Source: Candidatus Bathyarchaeota archaeon (GTDB lineage Archaea > Thermoproteota > Bathyarchaeia > Bathyarchaeales > Bathycorpusculaceae). Taken from it: a stretch of DNA of 64,000 nucleotides. The notes beneath the pieces are model-generated. The model saw nothing but the letters and a program-made list of their open reading frames with translations, was not told the origin of the DNA and made no database searches. The first letter of the stretch is position 1; the number at the start of each line of letters is the position of its first letter. Positions 30,476 to 42,513 of this stretch are shown here, one piece after another. A program made the position numbers and the translations under genes. The stretch is from NCBI GenBank assembly GCA_963806535.1, contig CAWDYC010000005.1, positions 224,001-288,000 on the forward strand, written 5' to 3'.

Positions 30476-33391
30476 TTCATTCTCACCATTTTTTCAAGTT
30501 TAGTGACATATTGGCTGGACATTACTAGGATTGCCCAATTACAGAGGTAGCGTATATCATAACGATGTAGGTGACTATGCTTTCGATGGCGCTTGGTGGA
30601 TATATAAACCGTTGAACTATAAGCTGTGATGCGGCACCACCTGTTGAAATTATTGTGCCATAATCGATTATTAATCCAACAGCAATACCCAAGTATCACT
30701 GAGAATGTTATTATGGCGATGTTTTCGTTCAGGAAGCATCCAGACTATTTGCCTATATGATAATCCTCTGACACTCATGAGAGTAGCTTCACGGCTTCTT
30801 TCACGTAGACTAACAACCGCAACCAGCGCTGTTCCTACAGTTGCAAAAAGGACAGCGAAGATAACGCCCAAGCTTTGAACGTCAAGAACTTGCAAGGTAT
30901 AGAATGTATTTTGATTGCCACTTGGACTGCTGGTATAAACTATCTGATTACCATTGGAACTAACCATTACGCTGCCCTGATTCTGAATGTTAGAGCTAAT
31001 CGTTGCTTGCCATTGCTCATTAAACGATTCAACGCCTAAAATATCAAGGTTTAAACCTCTAATCTGCTCAGCAACTGCTGTTCCATTCACGCCTGGGTTC
31101 AATCTGAGCAGAATTTGAACATCAAAGCTTTCCAGTTTGTAAGCGTCACTTCCAACAGTCATGTTGAAGAGGTTTCTGGGCACATATGACCATGTTGGGA
31201 TAGTATACGATGATCCTCCGAAAGCTCCTTGAGGCGTAGATGGTGCTGGACCAAACAAGCCTACAATTGTTAGTTTTCGTGCTCCTGACGGAAAGTCTAT
31301 GCCGATTGTGTCGCCTACCTTAAGGTTAAGCTGATGAGCTACTCTGCGTTCCAGAATTATTGTCATGTTGTTTGATTTCATGGCGTTGAAGGCTTGTTGC
31401 ATGCTAGTTCCTGTAGAACCAGTCGTCTTCATGATAGGCAGTTGCAAGCCAAGAGTCAGGGTCAACAGTCCTAATTGTTGTGTCAGCGTAATTTTGAACT
31501 AGTTGGCACTGCATGGTTGAGTTCCTTATTCCTGAAACATTGCCCAAAATGTCCGATAATATTGCAGGGGCCAGTGATGAATTTAAAACGCTCACAGATA
31601 TGTCAGCGCCCACACCATAAGTAGGGTCAGACTGTACTTGTCTAACAAGATAATCTTGTTGACTAACCAGTTGCCCAGTTACTTGAACACTGTAACCAAC
31701 TATCAACGCTATAAGGAACGCAACAGCTGCTGCACGGCCAGCGTTGCGTCTCACGTTTTTTGCCGCCAAAGCGCCTAAATCACCAAGTACGCTTGAAATT
31801 TTGGAGCTTGCTCTTTGGAAAAGTTGAGAGTTTTTTATTAGAAGTTGTGTGATGCCCCAAAAGAACAGAAGAGGACCAATATATGTTAGGGCTAGGTCAA
31901 TTAGAGTAACTGGTATAACCAGGAATGATAGGAAATATGTTCCTCCAGAGGAGTAAGTCGCGTTGGAAAGTAGCGTTGGAATGTTTAGACCCAAAAGGTA
32001 AGTCACAATTTTGTAGCTTCCAAGAATGACAAGCTACCCAGGGCAGTATCCGATGAGGGCTGGATATTTTCAGGCAAGTAATCCCTCAACGCATCAACAG
32101 TTGGCAATTTAGACGCTTTTCTTGCTGAGAAAAATACTGATGTAAGCCCAAGAGCTGCACCGAAAATAACTGTGAAAATCATTGTGTACGGACTAATTAG
32201 CTGTGGGTTAAAGAGTGTATTCAAGTTGAATCCGCCAGTGAATACTTGGTTTAAGATTAAACCGCCAATTACTCCAGCCGCTCCACCGATAATCCCAATG
32301 GTTAACGCTTCCCCAAGAAACATTCGCTGTATTTGTCCGCTTGAAAGACCTTTAGTGGACAGCAACCCGATTTCTCGTCTTCTCATGTTAAATGAAACAT
32401 CAGAGACTGTGTAGCCAAGATACCACGCGACAAAGAAAACTGGGATTGAAACCAAAATGAAACTCGTTAATGGGCTTTGAAAACTGTATTGAAATGATGT
32501 TAATGCGTTGGCAAGGTTGTTTTGAAGCATTCCGTTAACTTGGAAGTTGGCTAGGACCTTGTTGTTTATGTCATTGGCTATTGCGTTTACACTGTTAGCC
32601 GAGGCTTGAGTGTTCCATGGGCTCAGAAGTTTGCTGTGATCTAAATTAATTAGAAAAGTTGTTGAAACTGTTCTGTTGGGCATTGTGTCCCAGTATTTTT
32701 GTATGGTGTTTTCCCAGCTGACAATCATAAAGTCTGACTGGTAACCATAAGCTGTCTTAGAACCTGCTGGGTTAAAAATGGGAATAGGAGCGTAAAAGCC
32801 ACTAGAGCCAGTAACTAACTGGTAGCCTTTGTCAGTTAGTTGGACAAAACCTGTAACGGTTAAGTTAACCCAAACAGTGGTTATGTTATCATATTTGGGT
32901 GTTGGAAACTGGAATCCTGTTGTGATGTTATCGCCAATAGTGATGTTTTCGGTTACAGGGGAATCTTTTGCCTTCATTATCCAAGTTTCATTTTCCCCGA
33001 TTCCGTCTGCTGGCTTATTCAACCATTCATTGTTGAGGCTTGAGGAGTTCGGGAAGCTGTATACTTGTAAATAAAATGGGTTCGTATAGTTATCGCTTGA
33101 AGTGTACTGTGACGCCGTGCTTAGTCTTGAAAGGGTATCTACACTTTTAACTCCGTTAATACTGGTGATGTTATGTAGAGCTTGAGCCATGTCTGTTTCG
33201 TTCAGGTTTACGCTGAATTGCATGTCCGAATTTAGGCCTTTGAGTTGTTGCTCAAGAGACTGGTTAGCCGCAAGGTTAACCTTCATGTTTATTGCGGCGA
33301 AAAAGGTTGCTGCAAGTGCTATAGCGATGAGAAGTGCTGCGAAGAGTTTCCAGTTGCGGAAGACATGTTTTAGCGGGTACATTAGAGCCAT
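30472..33391 (-). CDS. large FtsX/MacB-type ABC permease (split by several frameshifts)
   Basis: RRREIGLL..KG and ERSRE..LM.VRG permease motifs across fragments 32003-33391, 31404-32006, 30671-31465. Confidence 0.85.
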
Positions 33392-33532
33392 TTGTCATCG
33401 TCTCTTCATTTGGGCACGGTTTGCTTTTAAATCTACTTGTTAGAACACCAAACAAGCCCATGATTAATGGAGATTTGATTCACCGCTAATGGTTAGAAAG
33501 CATTAAATTCCCAGTGCTTTTACTATTAGCCC

Positions 33533-34937
33533 ATGAAAAGTTTTCTCGGCTACTTTAAAGAAGGAAACATGAGTTTATTCACTGATTTTTACGAGTTAAC
33601 CATGTGTGCTAGCTATTTTGATAACAAGAACTTTGAGCCTGCTACATTTGACTTGTTTATTAGGCGGCTGCCCGAAAACCGTTCCTACTTCCTTTTCGCA
33701 GGGCTCGAAGAAACCCTTCAATATCTGGAAACAGTAAAATTCACTGAGGAGCAGCTCGGTTATCTTAAAAAACTGGGTTTTAAATGGGATTTTCTTGATT
33801 ATTTACGCTGCTTTAGATTTACAGGTGAGGTTTGGGCTGTTCCAGAAGGCACGGTCGCTTTTCCAAATGAACCACTAATTCGTGTGACTGCGTCGATAAT
33901 TGAAGCCCAACTGGTTGAAACTTTCCTGCTTAATACGGTTAATCTTCAAACTATGATTGCCACCAAAGCTTCCCGGGTAGTTCACGCCGCAAAAGGCAAA
34001 TCAGTAATAGAATTTGGCTTAAGAAGAGAACCTGGCATAGATGCAGGAATGAAGGTTGCTAGAAGCAGCTACATAGCAGGATGCCAAGGTACTAGCAACG
34101 TACTTGCAGGACAAACTTATAACATTCCAGTTTTCGGGACCATGGCGCATTCATTTGTTATGTCTTACACAAAAGAAATTGATGCGTTTCGAGCTTTCTC
34201 CAAAACCTTCCCTAACAAATCCACCCTTCTAATTGATACATATAATGACATTTCAGGCGCAGAAAAAGCAGCAGTTATAGCTAAGGAGCTTGAAGCTAAA
34301 GGTTTTAGGCTTGGCGGCGTTCGCTTGGACAGCGGCGATTTGGCGGAGGATAGCAAAAAAGTTCGGAAAATTCTTGACGATCAAAATTTGGATTATGTGA
34401 AGATTTTTGCCAGTGGCGATTTGGATGAATTCAAAGTAAAGGAACTTCTTGCCAATGGCGCAAAAATTGATTCTTTTGGTGTTGGAACAAAAATGGGTAC
34501 TTCCGCAGATAGACCATATTTGGATGTTATTTACAAACTCTGCGAAACCATTGCTGAGAATGGAGGTTCTTTGCCAATTATGAAGTTAAGCAAAGACAAA
34601 ATCACTTTGCCAGGCAGAAAACAAGTTTATCGCTTAAAAAATAAAATCGGCGAATATGAAAAGGACATTATATGCTCTGGCCGATGAAAAAGTGCACGGT
34701 GAGCCTTTGCTTATCAAAGTCATGGAAAATGGCAAAATAATCTATAAACTTCCGTCACTTGAGGAAATTCGAGCAATCACTGAGAAAAACTTGGCTAAAC
34801 TTCCAGACGGCTACAAAGCGCTGACCGATGCACCAATTTATCCAGTGGAAATTAGCAAAAAACTACAGAATCTAATAAAAACATTGAAGCGTCAATTAAC
34901 AGAAAATGAAATTAATAGCACCAACGCAAAAACTTAA
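33533..34937 (+). CDS. pncB: nicotinate phosphoribosyltransferase (frameshift near 34670)
   Basis: TDFYELTM, EFGLRR, GTMAHS, LIDTY, VRLDSGD, FGVGT. Confidence 0.93.
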
Positions 34938-35055
34938 GCCATCAATCGAAAAATCAGCATCGCTTCATTACTCTCGATTTTTCATGGCAAATATGGCAAA
35001 CCCTTAATAGTCTTTTCAGAAAAGGTTAGATGCTATCCAAAAGGGAGAAGACAAC

Positions 35056-36261
35056 TTGCAAAATCGTCCAGCCATAGTTGCTGTTGGCAGAACCAAGTTT
35101 GGAGAACATTACGGCAAAGAACCAGAAAAGCTGATTGAGGAAGCATGGCTTGGGGCTTCTAAAGAATGTAACATGGAGCGCAAAGACCTAGAAGCTTGTT
35201 ACATGTCAGATTGCTTTCTTCCCATTACTAACAAACTGGGTTTAGAGGAAGGATTCCTCTCAGAACTTACTCAACTTCATGTGCCTATGGAGGTAACTCG
35301 TTCTTTTAGCGCTGCATTGTTAACCGCTTGTCATGCAATTCAGGCTGGAGTTTACAATACTGTCCTAGTGGGTGGTATAGAAAAAATGACAGATCGCTGG
35401 GACAAAATACGCGATGATCTAATGCTTCTGGATGATCCATGGAGCTATTTTGCCGGAGGAACTCCAGAATCAAATCATGAACTCATGCTTAGAGCCTACA
35501 TAAAAAAGCACCACATTAATGGCGAAAAACTTGACAAACTTAATATTGCCTTAGCACAGGTTTCGGTTAAAAATCACGCGAACGCAATCAAAAACAAGTA
35601 TGCCCAATATCATAGAAAGATTACTATTGACCAGGTGTTACATGCAAGGAAAATAGCGCATAAACCTTTAGGACTTTATGATTTTGCCCCAATTTCAGAT
35701 GGCGCTTCTGCTTTAATTCTTACAAGCGAAACTGTTGCTAAAAAACTAAATGATCATCCAGTTTACGTTCTAGGCTGTACTTCAGCAACTGACTACTTGA
35801 ATTATCCTGCAAGAGAAGACCTCTCTCACTTTGTTGCGGCAGAATTAGCTATGAAGAGTGCTTCCAAAATCGCTAAAACAGCCTTGTCTGAAATGCAGGT
35901 TATCGAGGTATATGACCAGTCCACAATGATGGAGCTTGTTTCTCTTGAAGACTTAGGATTCTGCGCACCAGGCACGGCTTGGAAAAGCATACACGAAGGC
36001 TGTCAAAATGATCGCAACTGCTATGAAGTAGATGGCAGACAACTTTTCGTTAATACTAATGGAGGGTTAAAAGCTGATGGAAACCCATTAGGCGCTACCG
36101 GAGGAGCACAAATCTTCGAAATTTACCGTCAGCTGAGAGGAGAAGCTGGCGAGCGCCAAGTGAAGATTACTGGTTCACAGAAAAACGGCTGTGTTTTAGA
36201 ATACGAAGGCTTTGGAACTAAAGCATACGTTACTGTTCTAGGAGATAAGAAGCTTGAGTAG
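35056..36261 (+). CDS. archaeal thiolase-family protein lacking canonical catalytic residues
   Basis: GRTKFGE, VGGIEKM, PISDGASA, NTNGGLKA.G.PLGATG; CASG, HDCF and GHP motifs altered. Confidence 0.85.
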   Translation: MQNRPAIVAVGRTKFGEHYGKEPEKLIEEAWLGASKECNMERKDLEACYMSDCFLPITNKLGLEEGFLSELTQLHVPMEVTRSFSAALLTACHAIQAGVYNTVLVGGIEKMTDRWDKIRDDLMLLDDPWSYFAGGTPESNHELMLRAYIKKHHINGEKLDKLNIALAQVSVKNHANAIKNKYAQYHRKITIDQVLHARKIAHKPLGLYDFAPISDGASALILTSETVAKKLNDHPVYVLGCTSATDYLNYPAREDLSHFVAAELAMKSASKIAKTALSEMQVIEVYDQSTMMELVSLEDLGFCAPGTAWKSIHEGCQNDRNCYEVDGRQLFVNTNGGLKADGNPLGATGGAQIFEIYRQLRGEAGERQVKITGSQKNGCVLEYEGFGTKAYVTVLGDKKLE

Positions 36262-37761
36262 TGAACCTATAGAGAGACGAGTTTCTTATTTAGGCGACAG
36301 ATTAAAAGCAAGCCGCTGCCAAAGCTGCGGAAAAGAATACTTTGAAATAAGAGATTACTGCACCAACTGCGGCAGAAAAAGCTACGGAAAAATGGACAGC
36401 ATCGACCTATTTTATGACAAAGGCAAACTTGAATTATGTACCTACATTAACGAACCCACAAACAAATTCATGAAATTGTCAAGCTTCATTTATGGAATCG
36501 TTTCTTTTCATGATGGCAAAATCCGTGTTCCAGCAAGATTAACCGACCAATTGATATGCAATGGCGCCGATGTCGATTTTTCAAGCCTTGAGGGCAGAGA
36601 CGTGGTTCCCCGCTTTAGAAGGCGCTATTCAGTCGGTAAAAGTGACGTAATTCCAACTATATCTTTGGCTTTCACTTTAGCCGATGAATACTACCCACAT
36701 CAAGATTACAACATAATTACACCAACCAAAGAATATGAGCTTCCTGGGGTCGTAGGTTATGGCGTCTACACTTCAAAATTCAGAATTAAAGAAAGTGGAT
36801 TGGAACGCGCGGTTCCCTTTATCGATGAAGACGCGGTAACAGCCGCTGTAGAAGCTGGAAAGTTAGCATTGATTCACTCAGGAGTTGACAGCACACTAAT
36901 TGGTAAGGTTTATGTTGGCTCCGAATCTAACCCATATGCTGTTAAACCAATCTCATCGAAAGTCGCCCAGGTTCTGAAGCTTGGAGAAGAAGACGGCGAC
37001 ATACAAGGTGTTGATGCAGTAGACACCCAGTTTGCATGCAAAGCTGCTGCAAGCATGTTCAAAGACGCCTCAGCTCTTGTTAATTATCCAAAGTCAGGAG
37101 TAAAATATGCTATGGTTATCGGCGCAGATAACTCTCAAGCTGCCCCAGAGGCTGTCCAGGCGGCGAATTGGATACATTTGTTGGGTATGGCGGCGCTGCA
37201 TATATTTTTGGTAAACAGGATGTTATTGCTGAAGTTGAAAGCTGGTACTCATGTACTTCTGATACAACAGATTTTTGGCGCAGAGACGGCGAGCTTTTCC
37301 CCATGCATGGTGGCCGATTCACTGGTGACCCAGCCTACTTCAAACACGTTCGCAAGTCAACTAGTAAAATTATGGAACGTTCTAACCTCAAGCCAACTGA
37401 CATAAACTATTTCGTAGCGCATCAGCCAAACCCAACATTTCCAGTTAAAATTGCAAAAGAGCTTGGTTTTAAAGATGAGCAATATCTGCCCTCAATGCAA
37501 ATTAACAAAATTGGCAACACTTATTCAGGTTGTTCACTTACGGGTTTAGCAGCAGTACTAGATATTGCAAAGCCTAACGATCGAATCTTGGTTGCAAGTT
37601 ACGGTTCGGGCGCTGGAAGCGATGCATATTTACTCAGAACTACGAGCCAACTTATTGACAAGCGAAAGCGACAGAAAGTCACGGTCAAATTCCAAACCGA
37701 AAACCCATTTACAGAATACGTGGATTATAATACCTATCGTCGGCTTAAACTTGGCATGTAA
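36254..37761 (+). CDS. DUF35 (Zn-ribbon/OB) :: HMG-CoA synthase fusion (frameshift near 37148)
   Basis: N-terminal CxxC..CxxC plus OB region; GSES.PYAVKP, FACKA, HQPN, IGNTYSG, SYGSGAGSD. Confidence 0.88.
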
Positions 37762-37811
37762 CCAATACTTATAAATCCCAGCGAATCCCAGATAGCCACG
37801 GAGTCGAGAGA

Positions 37812-39095
37812 TTGATTCTTGAGGACATTGCAAAAGTAATTTATTCACCTGTAACCGCATTCAAAAAGGTAATTGAAAATCCAAAGTATTTGGGTGCCCT
37901 AATTATTCTGCTTCTTTTCATAGGCTTACAAATGGGGTATGCCTATACACAGTTCTCAAAAACGTACACTGAAAGCACATCACCTGCGATCGGTCATCTG
38001 TCAGACTATATCAACGCAACAGCCGCATTGTCCACTGAGCCCAATTCAACGTTGTGGAGAGCAAGTACTGGCGTTGCCTTAATCAACAATTTTACTGATT
38101 ACATCAATTATAGCGTTTACGTCCCAGCTATTCTGGGAAACTATAGCCTATATGGAAACAGCAGTCTTGAAATTGATGCTAACAACACAAACACCATTTC
38201 AGCTGCTTTAAGCAACGCTTTCAACGTCAGCTGTGCAGCTGGTGGCTTTGAAAATTTATCAATGACGATAAAACAAGTTCAGCCTCTTAATACCATTGGC
38301 GCAAGTATAACTCTTTACTCAGTTAATGATTCAAACTATTACACTTATGATTTAACTAATCTTTTGTCGAAACCCCAAAATATTAACCAATGGAACAACC
38401 TAACAATTCCGGTTGGTCCTTCCGCGCAAGGCTGGAGTGTTGGCGGAGCTCCTTCTTGGGGTAACATTACAGCATTAAAGTTGGACTTCAATTCATCTAG
38501 CCCAAATGTCGTTATCCGCATTGGTACTTTGTTCTTCAATGGGGAATATCAAACTTTCATTCAAACCTATGGTCCCACAGCTCTGCTATCTTTCTTAGAG
38601 GCTTTCTCTCTACAATTTGTTTTTAGCTGGTTACTATTAACAGGGCTAATTTACCTCTTCTTCAAAGGGCTAAAAGGCACCGTCACTTGGAAACCACTTT
38701 TCGTTGCAATAGCTTTTGCTTTGTTTGTGATGGTTATTCGATCTGTAATTAACATCGTTGCAGCCTTTACACTGCCAGCAGTCTACTATCCATTTGATGT
38801 CTCACTTGGTGTCACATCTAACCCGTATGGCGCAATATACGTCCCCATACAAGCAGCAGCAACCTATACAGCACAGTCCCAAGCCGTTCTCAACAATATT
38901 GTGGCAATGACATCAGGTTTTAACTTTGTCGTTGAAGCAATGTTCTTGGTATCTTACGTTTGGTTAGGCGCTCTATGCACAATAATTGTCGGCACACTTC
39001 AACCAGAGTTTTCAATGATAAAACGAATTTTGATTTCAGCCGTTAGCATCGCAGTTATGTGGTTTGTCTTAGTGCTGTTCGTGGGTTTTGTTTAG
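37812..39095 (+). CDS. YIP1-like membrane protein with large extracellular loop
   Basis: VIYSPVTAFKKV N-terminus, glycosylation-sequon-rich loop, C-terminal TM helices. Confidence 0.6.
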   Translation: MILEDIAKVIYSPVTAFKKVIENPKYLGALIILLLFIGLQMGYAYTQFSKTYTESTSPAIGHLSDYINATAALSTEPNSTLWRASTGVALINNFTDYINYSVYVPAILGNYSLYGNSSLEIDANNTNTISAALSNAFNVSCAAGGFENLSMTIKQVQPLNTIGASITLYSVNDSNYYTYDLTNLLSKPQNINQWNNLTIPVGPSAQGWSVGGAPSWGNITALKLDFNSSSPNVVIRIGTLFFNGEYQTFIQTYGPTALLSFLEAFSLQFVFSWLLLTGLIYLFFKGLKGTVTWKPLFVAIAFALFVMVIRSVINIVAAFTLPAVYYPFDVSLGVTSNPYGAIYVPIQAAATYTAQSQAVLNNIVAMTSGFNFVVEAMFLVSYVWLGALCTIIVGTLQPEFSMIKRILISAVSIAVMWFVLVLFVGFV

Positions 39096-39204
39096 ACCCC
39101 ACTCGTCTTTTTTTATTTCTGTTTGAAGCTAGTTAGCAAGATTTATATGATTGAAGGTGTCACTTTTGCAAGTGAAAACCCAGAGAGGGAAAAATCAAAT
39201 TTAG

Positions 39205-39513
39205 GTGATAAGTGTGAGTGTAACACCAATTAAAGATTTGCAGAACGGAATGAAACGGGTTAGTGTTGAAGCGAAAGTTGTCGAAAAAGGCGACCCTCGC
39301 GAAGTCAAATCACGTTTTAAAGAAGAAACTTACCGAATTGTTGATGCTGTGGTTGCAGATGAATCAGGTAGCATAAAATTGACTTTGTGGAATGAACAAA
39401 TTGACCAAGTCAACGTCGGCGACAACGTTAAAATTGACAACGGATACATAACCAGCTTTAAAGGCGAACTTCAGCTTAATGTTGGCAAATTTGGAAAGTT
39501 AGCCGTTGGCTAA
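39205..39513 (+). CDS. ssb: single OB-fold ssDNA-binding protein (crenarchaeal SSB-like)
   Basis: IKDL, VADESGSIKLTLW, NGY...FKGELQLNVG. Confidence 0.88.
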   Translation: MISVSVTPIKDLQNGMKRVSVEAKVVEKGDPREVKSRFKEETYRIVDAVVADESGSIKLTLWNEQIDQVNVGDNVKIDNGYITSFKGELQLNVGKFGKLAVG

Positions 39514-39754
39514 AACGCGAGTTAGGAAATTCTTTTCTTCATTTGTGAGGCAAACCATTGTGACTTTGCCTATGGGAATTTTTGATCTTTATTATTAGTT
39601 TCTTCCTTTCTTCTCGGAATGCCTTTTCATCTTTTATGACACGTGTCATATTAGCTACCCAGTTAAGCGGACATGTGAACCATAGCTATAAGCAATTTTT
39701 TCTTTTTTTTTCGAAAACAGAAATGTTTTATTTGAGACCTCATTTGTTTAGTTC

Positions 39755-40399
39755 ATGGTTTTAAAAAGAGAACTAGCTTTCTTTGCTCTTGTTATCATAT
39801 TTGGATTAGCTATTTCTCTTTTTGTCTTCATCAGCGCCGGAAAAGATATTTCCCCTTTGACATTGACTATTCGGTTGCTAGCACTTAACGGCTATCTCGC
39901 TTTAAGCATCGCTGCAATAATGACCCCCTTTTTAAAGGAAGTTACACTTTTTTTCAAAAAATCCTTCACCAAAGTACACCATTACTTCGCAGCTGTCGGA
40001 CTATTACTCATTACTTTGCATCCAATTGTTGTTTTTGCTCAAACTTTGGACGCGACGGTTTTTCTGCCAAATTTTGAGTCATTTTACCTTTTCTTTTTTT
40101 TCGGCGGTATCGTAGCTCTTCTTCTTATTTATGTTGCATTTGGAACGGTGCTTCTTCGCAGGAAAATTCCTTCTCACTGGCGTCCTTTCCACATGCTTAT
40201 GTACTTAGCGTTGTTTATCGGAGTTGTCCATGCTAATCTGCGAGGCACCAATTTTCAAAGCGTTTCGATTCAAATAATTTATGATTCACTCTTTGCAGCT
40301 GCAATGGCCGCTTTCGTCTTGAAACGCTTTCAGTTTTACCGAATAAGAAAGAGGGTCAACTATCAAAAGTTAATGCTTAAAAGCAACAATAAAGCCTGA
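39755..40399 (+). CDS. ferric reductase-like transmembrane (MsrQ-like) protein
   Basis: VHH, LHP, WR.FH...Y, VVH putative heme histidines in TM helices. Confidence 0.75.
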   Translation: MVLKRELAFFALVIIFGLAISLFVFISAGKDISPLTLTIRLLALNGYLALSIAAIMTPFLKEVTLFFKKSFTKVHHYFAAVGLLLITLHPIVVFAQTLDATVFLPNFESFYLFFFFGGIVALLLIYVAFGTVLLRRKIPSHWRPFHMLMYLALFIGVVHANLRGTNFQSVSIQIIYDSLFAAAMAAFVLKRFQFYRIRKRVNYQKLMLKSNNKA

Positions 40400-40476
40400 A
40401 ATTCTTGGCTTTTTAGAATAAACTTATTAATCCTACTAGTTGGAAGTCATTTCTTGCTGGTTTGTGAAAGAGAACA

Positions 40477-42456
40477 ATGCAGTTTGAACTTATCGCTCCA
40501 TATCAGGCCTCGCCAGGTCAGATTGTAGCAGTTGAAAAGTTAGTGAAAAACTTCGCTACAAAAGAAAAACAAACCCTTCTTGGAATCACTGGCAGCGGCA
40601 AAACCTTTGTTATGGCAAACTTAATTAACAAACTCCAAAAACCAACTCTTGTCCTTGCACATAACAAGATTTTGGCTGCTCAGCTTTACGGTGAATTAAA
40701 AGAGCTTTTTCCCCATAATAGAGTTGAATACTTTATTTCTTTTTATGATTATTATCAGCCTGAATCATATTTACCAGCTCAGGATATGTACATTGAAAAA
40801 GATTCTTCTGTGAATGAGCAAATAGAAAAAATGCGGATGCACGCAGTATCCAGCGTCGTGAGCCGAAACGACACCATAATAGTTGCCAGTATAAGCTGCA
40901 TTTACAGTCTTGGAAACCCAGATGACTTCAAAGCCATGGCAATTGAATTGAATATTGGAAAGCAAACTACAAGGCAACAACTCATCCATGCCCTCGTAGA
41001 TATGCAGTACGAACGCAACGACATGGTCCTTGAACCTGGCAGGTTCCGTGTTCGGGGCGATGTTTTGGATATTATTCCATCTTACGAGAATGATATTGTA
41101 AGAATTGAGCTTGCCGGAAACGAAATTAGCAAAATCAAAGAAGTAAATTCTATTTCAGGTGATGTTAAAGGATCCCTCGATAAAGTAACGCTTTATCCTG
41201 CACGACAGTACGTAGTTCCAGAAGAGAAACATGCGCTTGCCCTTGAAGCAATAAAGCAAGAACTTGAAGCCAGATTACCTGATCTTCCACCACTTGAAGC
41301 ACAACGACTCAAACAAAGAACGAATTATGATTTAGAAATGATTCGTGAAGTTGGTTTCTGTTCCGGAATGGAAAATTACAGCAGGCACTTTGACGGACGC
41401 CGACCCGGGGAACCACCCTTTACTTTGATTGATTATTTTCCCAAAGATTATCTTTTTATTATTGATGAGAGTCACCAAACAATTCCTCAATCAAGAGCGA
41501 TGTACAACGGTGACTATTCCAGAAAAAAGAACCTCGTAGACTTTGGTTTCAGACTTCCAAGTGCCTTAGACAACAGACCTTTGAAGTTTGAGGAATTTGA
41601 GCGGAAAATGGGCAAAGTACTCTTTGTTTCTGCAACTCCAGCCGAATATGAATTGGAAAAGAGCGGTCAACCTGTCGAATTGATCACTCGGCCTACTGGT
41701 CTTTTGGATCCTGAGGTTGAGGTTCAACCAATCTCTGGGCAAATGCAGCATTTAATGGCTGAAGCCAAAAAAACAATTGAGCATGGAGATCGTGTTCTAA
41801 TCACGACCTTAACAAAACGTATGGCTGAAGATTTGACAGATTACCTTGTAAAGGAAGGCTTTCGCGTCAGATATATGCATTCAGAAATTGAAAGCCTAGA
41901 CCGCATTGAACTAGTGCGGCAACTGCGAGTCGGCGAATTTGACATATTAGTCGGTATTAATCTGTTGCGTGAAGGCTTAGACATCCCTGAGGTTGCAACC
42001 ATCTTCATATTAGACGCTGACAAGGAAGGTTTTCTGCGCGACGAGCGAAGCCTTATCCAAACTATTGGCCGAGCCGCAAGAAACGTAAACGGCAGAGTAA
42101 TTCTTTACGCCGATGTGGAAACATCGTCCATTAAGCGAGCTATGGAAATTACTCGCTACAGACGTTCGTTCCAGAAACGTTTCAACGAAATTCATCATAT
42201 CACGCCAACCACGATAGTTAAAGGTGTGTCTTTGAAAGAAGGCACAATTAAGGGCATAAAACATCTTGCAAAAACAGACATTAAACGCCAGTTGATTGAG
42301 TTGGATGCACAGATGAGGGAAGCAGCAGAGCGATTAAACTTTGAGCGGGCAATTGAACTCAGAGATACAATAGCAGAGTTGAATAGGGCTTTAGCGAATA
42401 AGATAGAAAATGATGATTATACCCAGAAATTGAGAGTTTTGAAGCAAAAAGGTTGA
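40477..42456 (+). CDS. uvrB: excinuclease ABC subunit B
   Basis: GITGSGKT, YDYYQPE, DESH, GRAARN, C-terminal UVR domain. Confidence 0.97.
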   Translation: MQFELIAPYQASPGQIVAVEKLVKNFATKEKQTLLGITGSGKTFVMANLINKLQKPTLVLAHNKILAAQLYGELKELFPHNRVEYFISFYDYYQPESYLPAQDMYIEKDSSVNEQIEKMRMHAVSSVVSRNDTIIVASISCIYSLGNPDDFKAMAIELNIGKQTTRQQLIHALVDMQYERNDMVLEPGRFRVRGDVLDIIPSYENDIVRIELAGNEISKIKEVNSISGDVKGSLDKVTLYPARQYVVPEEKHALALEAIKQELEARLPDLPPLEAQRLKQRTNYDLEMIREVGFCSGMENYSRHFDGRRPGEPPFTLIDYFPKDYLFIIDESHQTIPQSRAMYNGDYSRKKNLVDFGFRLPSALDNRPLKFEEFERKMGKVLFVSATPAEYELEKSGQPVELITRPTGLLDPEVEVQPISGQMQHLMAEAKKTIEHGDRVLITTLTKRMAEDLTDYLVKEGFRVRYMHSEIESLDRIELVRQLRVGEFDILVGINLLREGLDIPEVATIFILDADKEGFLRDERSLIQTIGRAARNVNGRVILYADVETSSIKRAMEITRYRRSFQKRFNEIHHITPTTIVKGVSLKEGTIKGIKHLAKTDIKRQLIELDAQMREAAERLNFERAIELRDTIAELNRALANKIENDDYTQKLRVLKQKG

Positions 42457-42513
42457 AAAGTCTCAAACTTAAAGAAGATAATTTACGAGCGGAGAAGGAA
42501 ACTGGTTTACATT

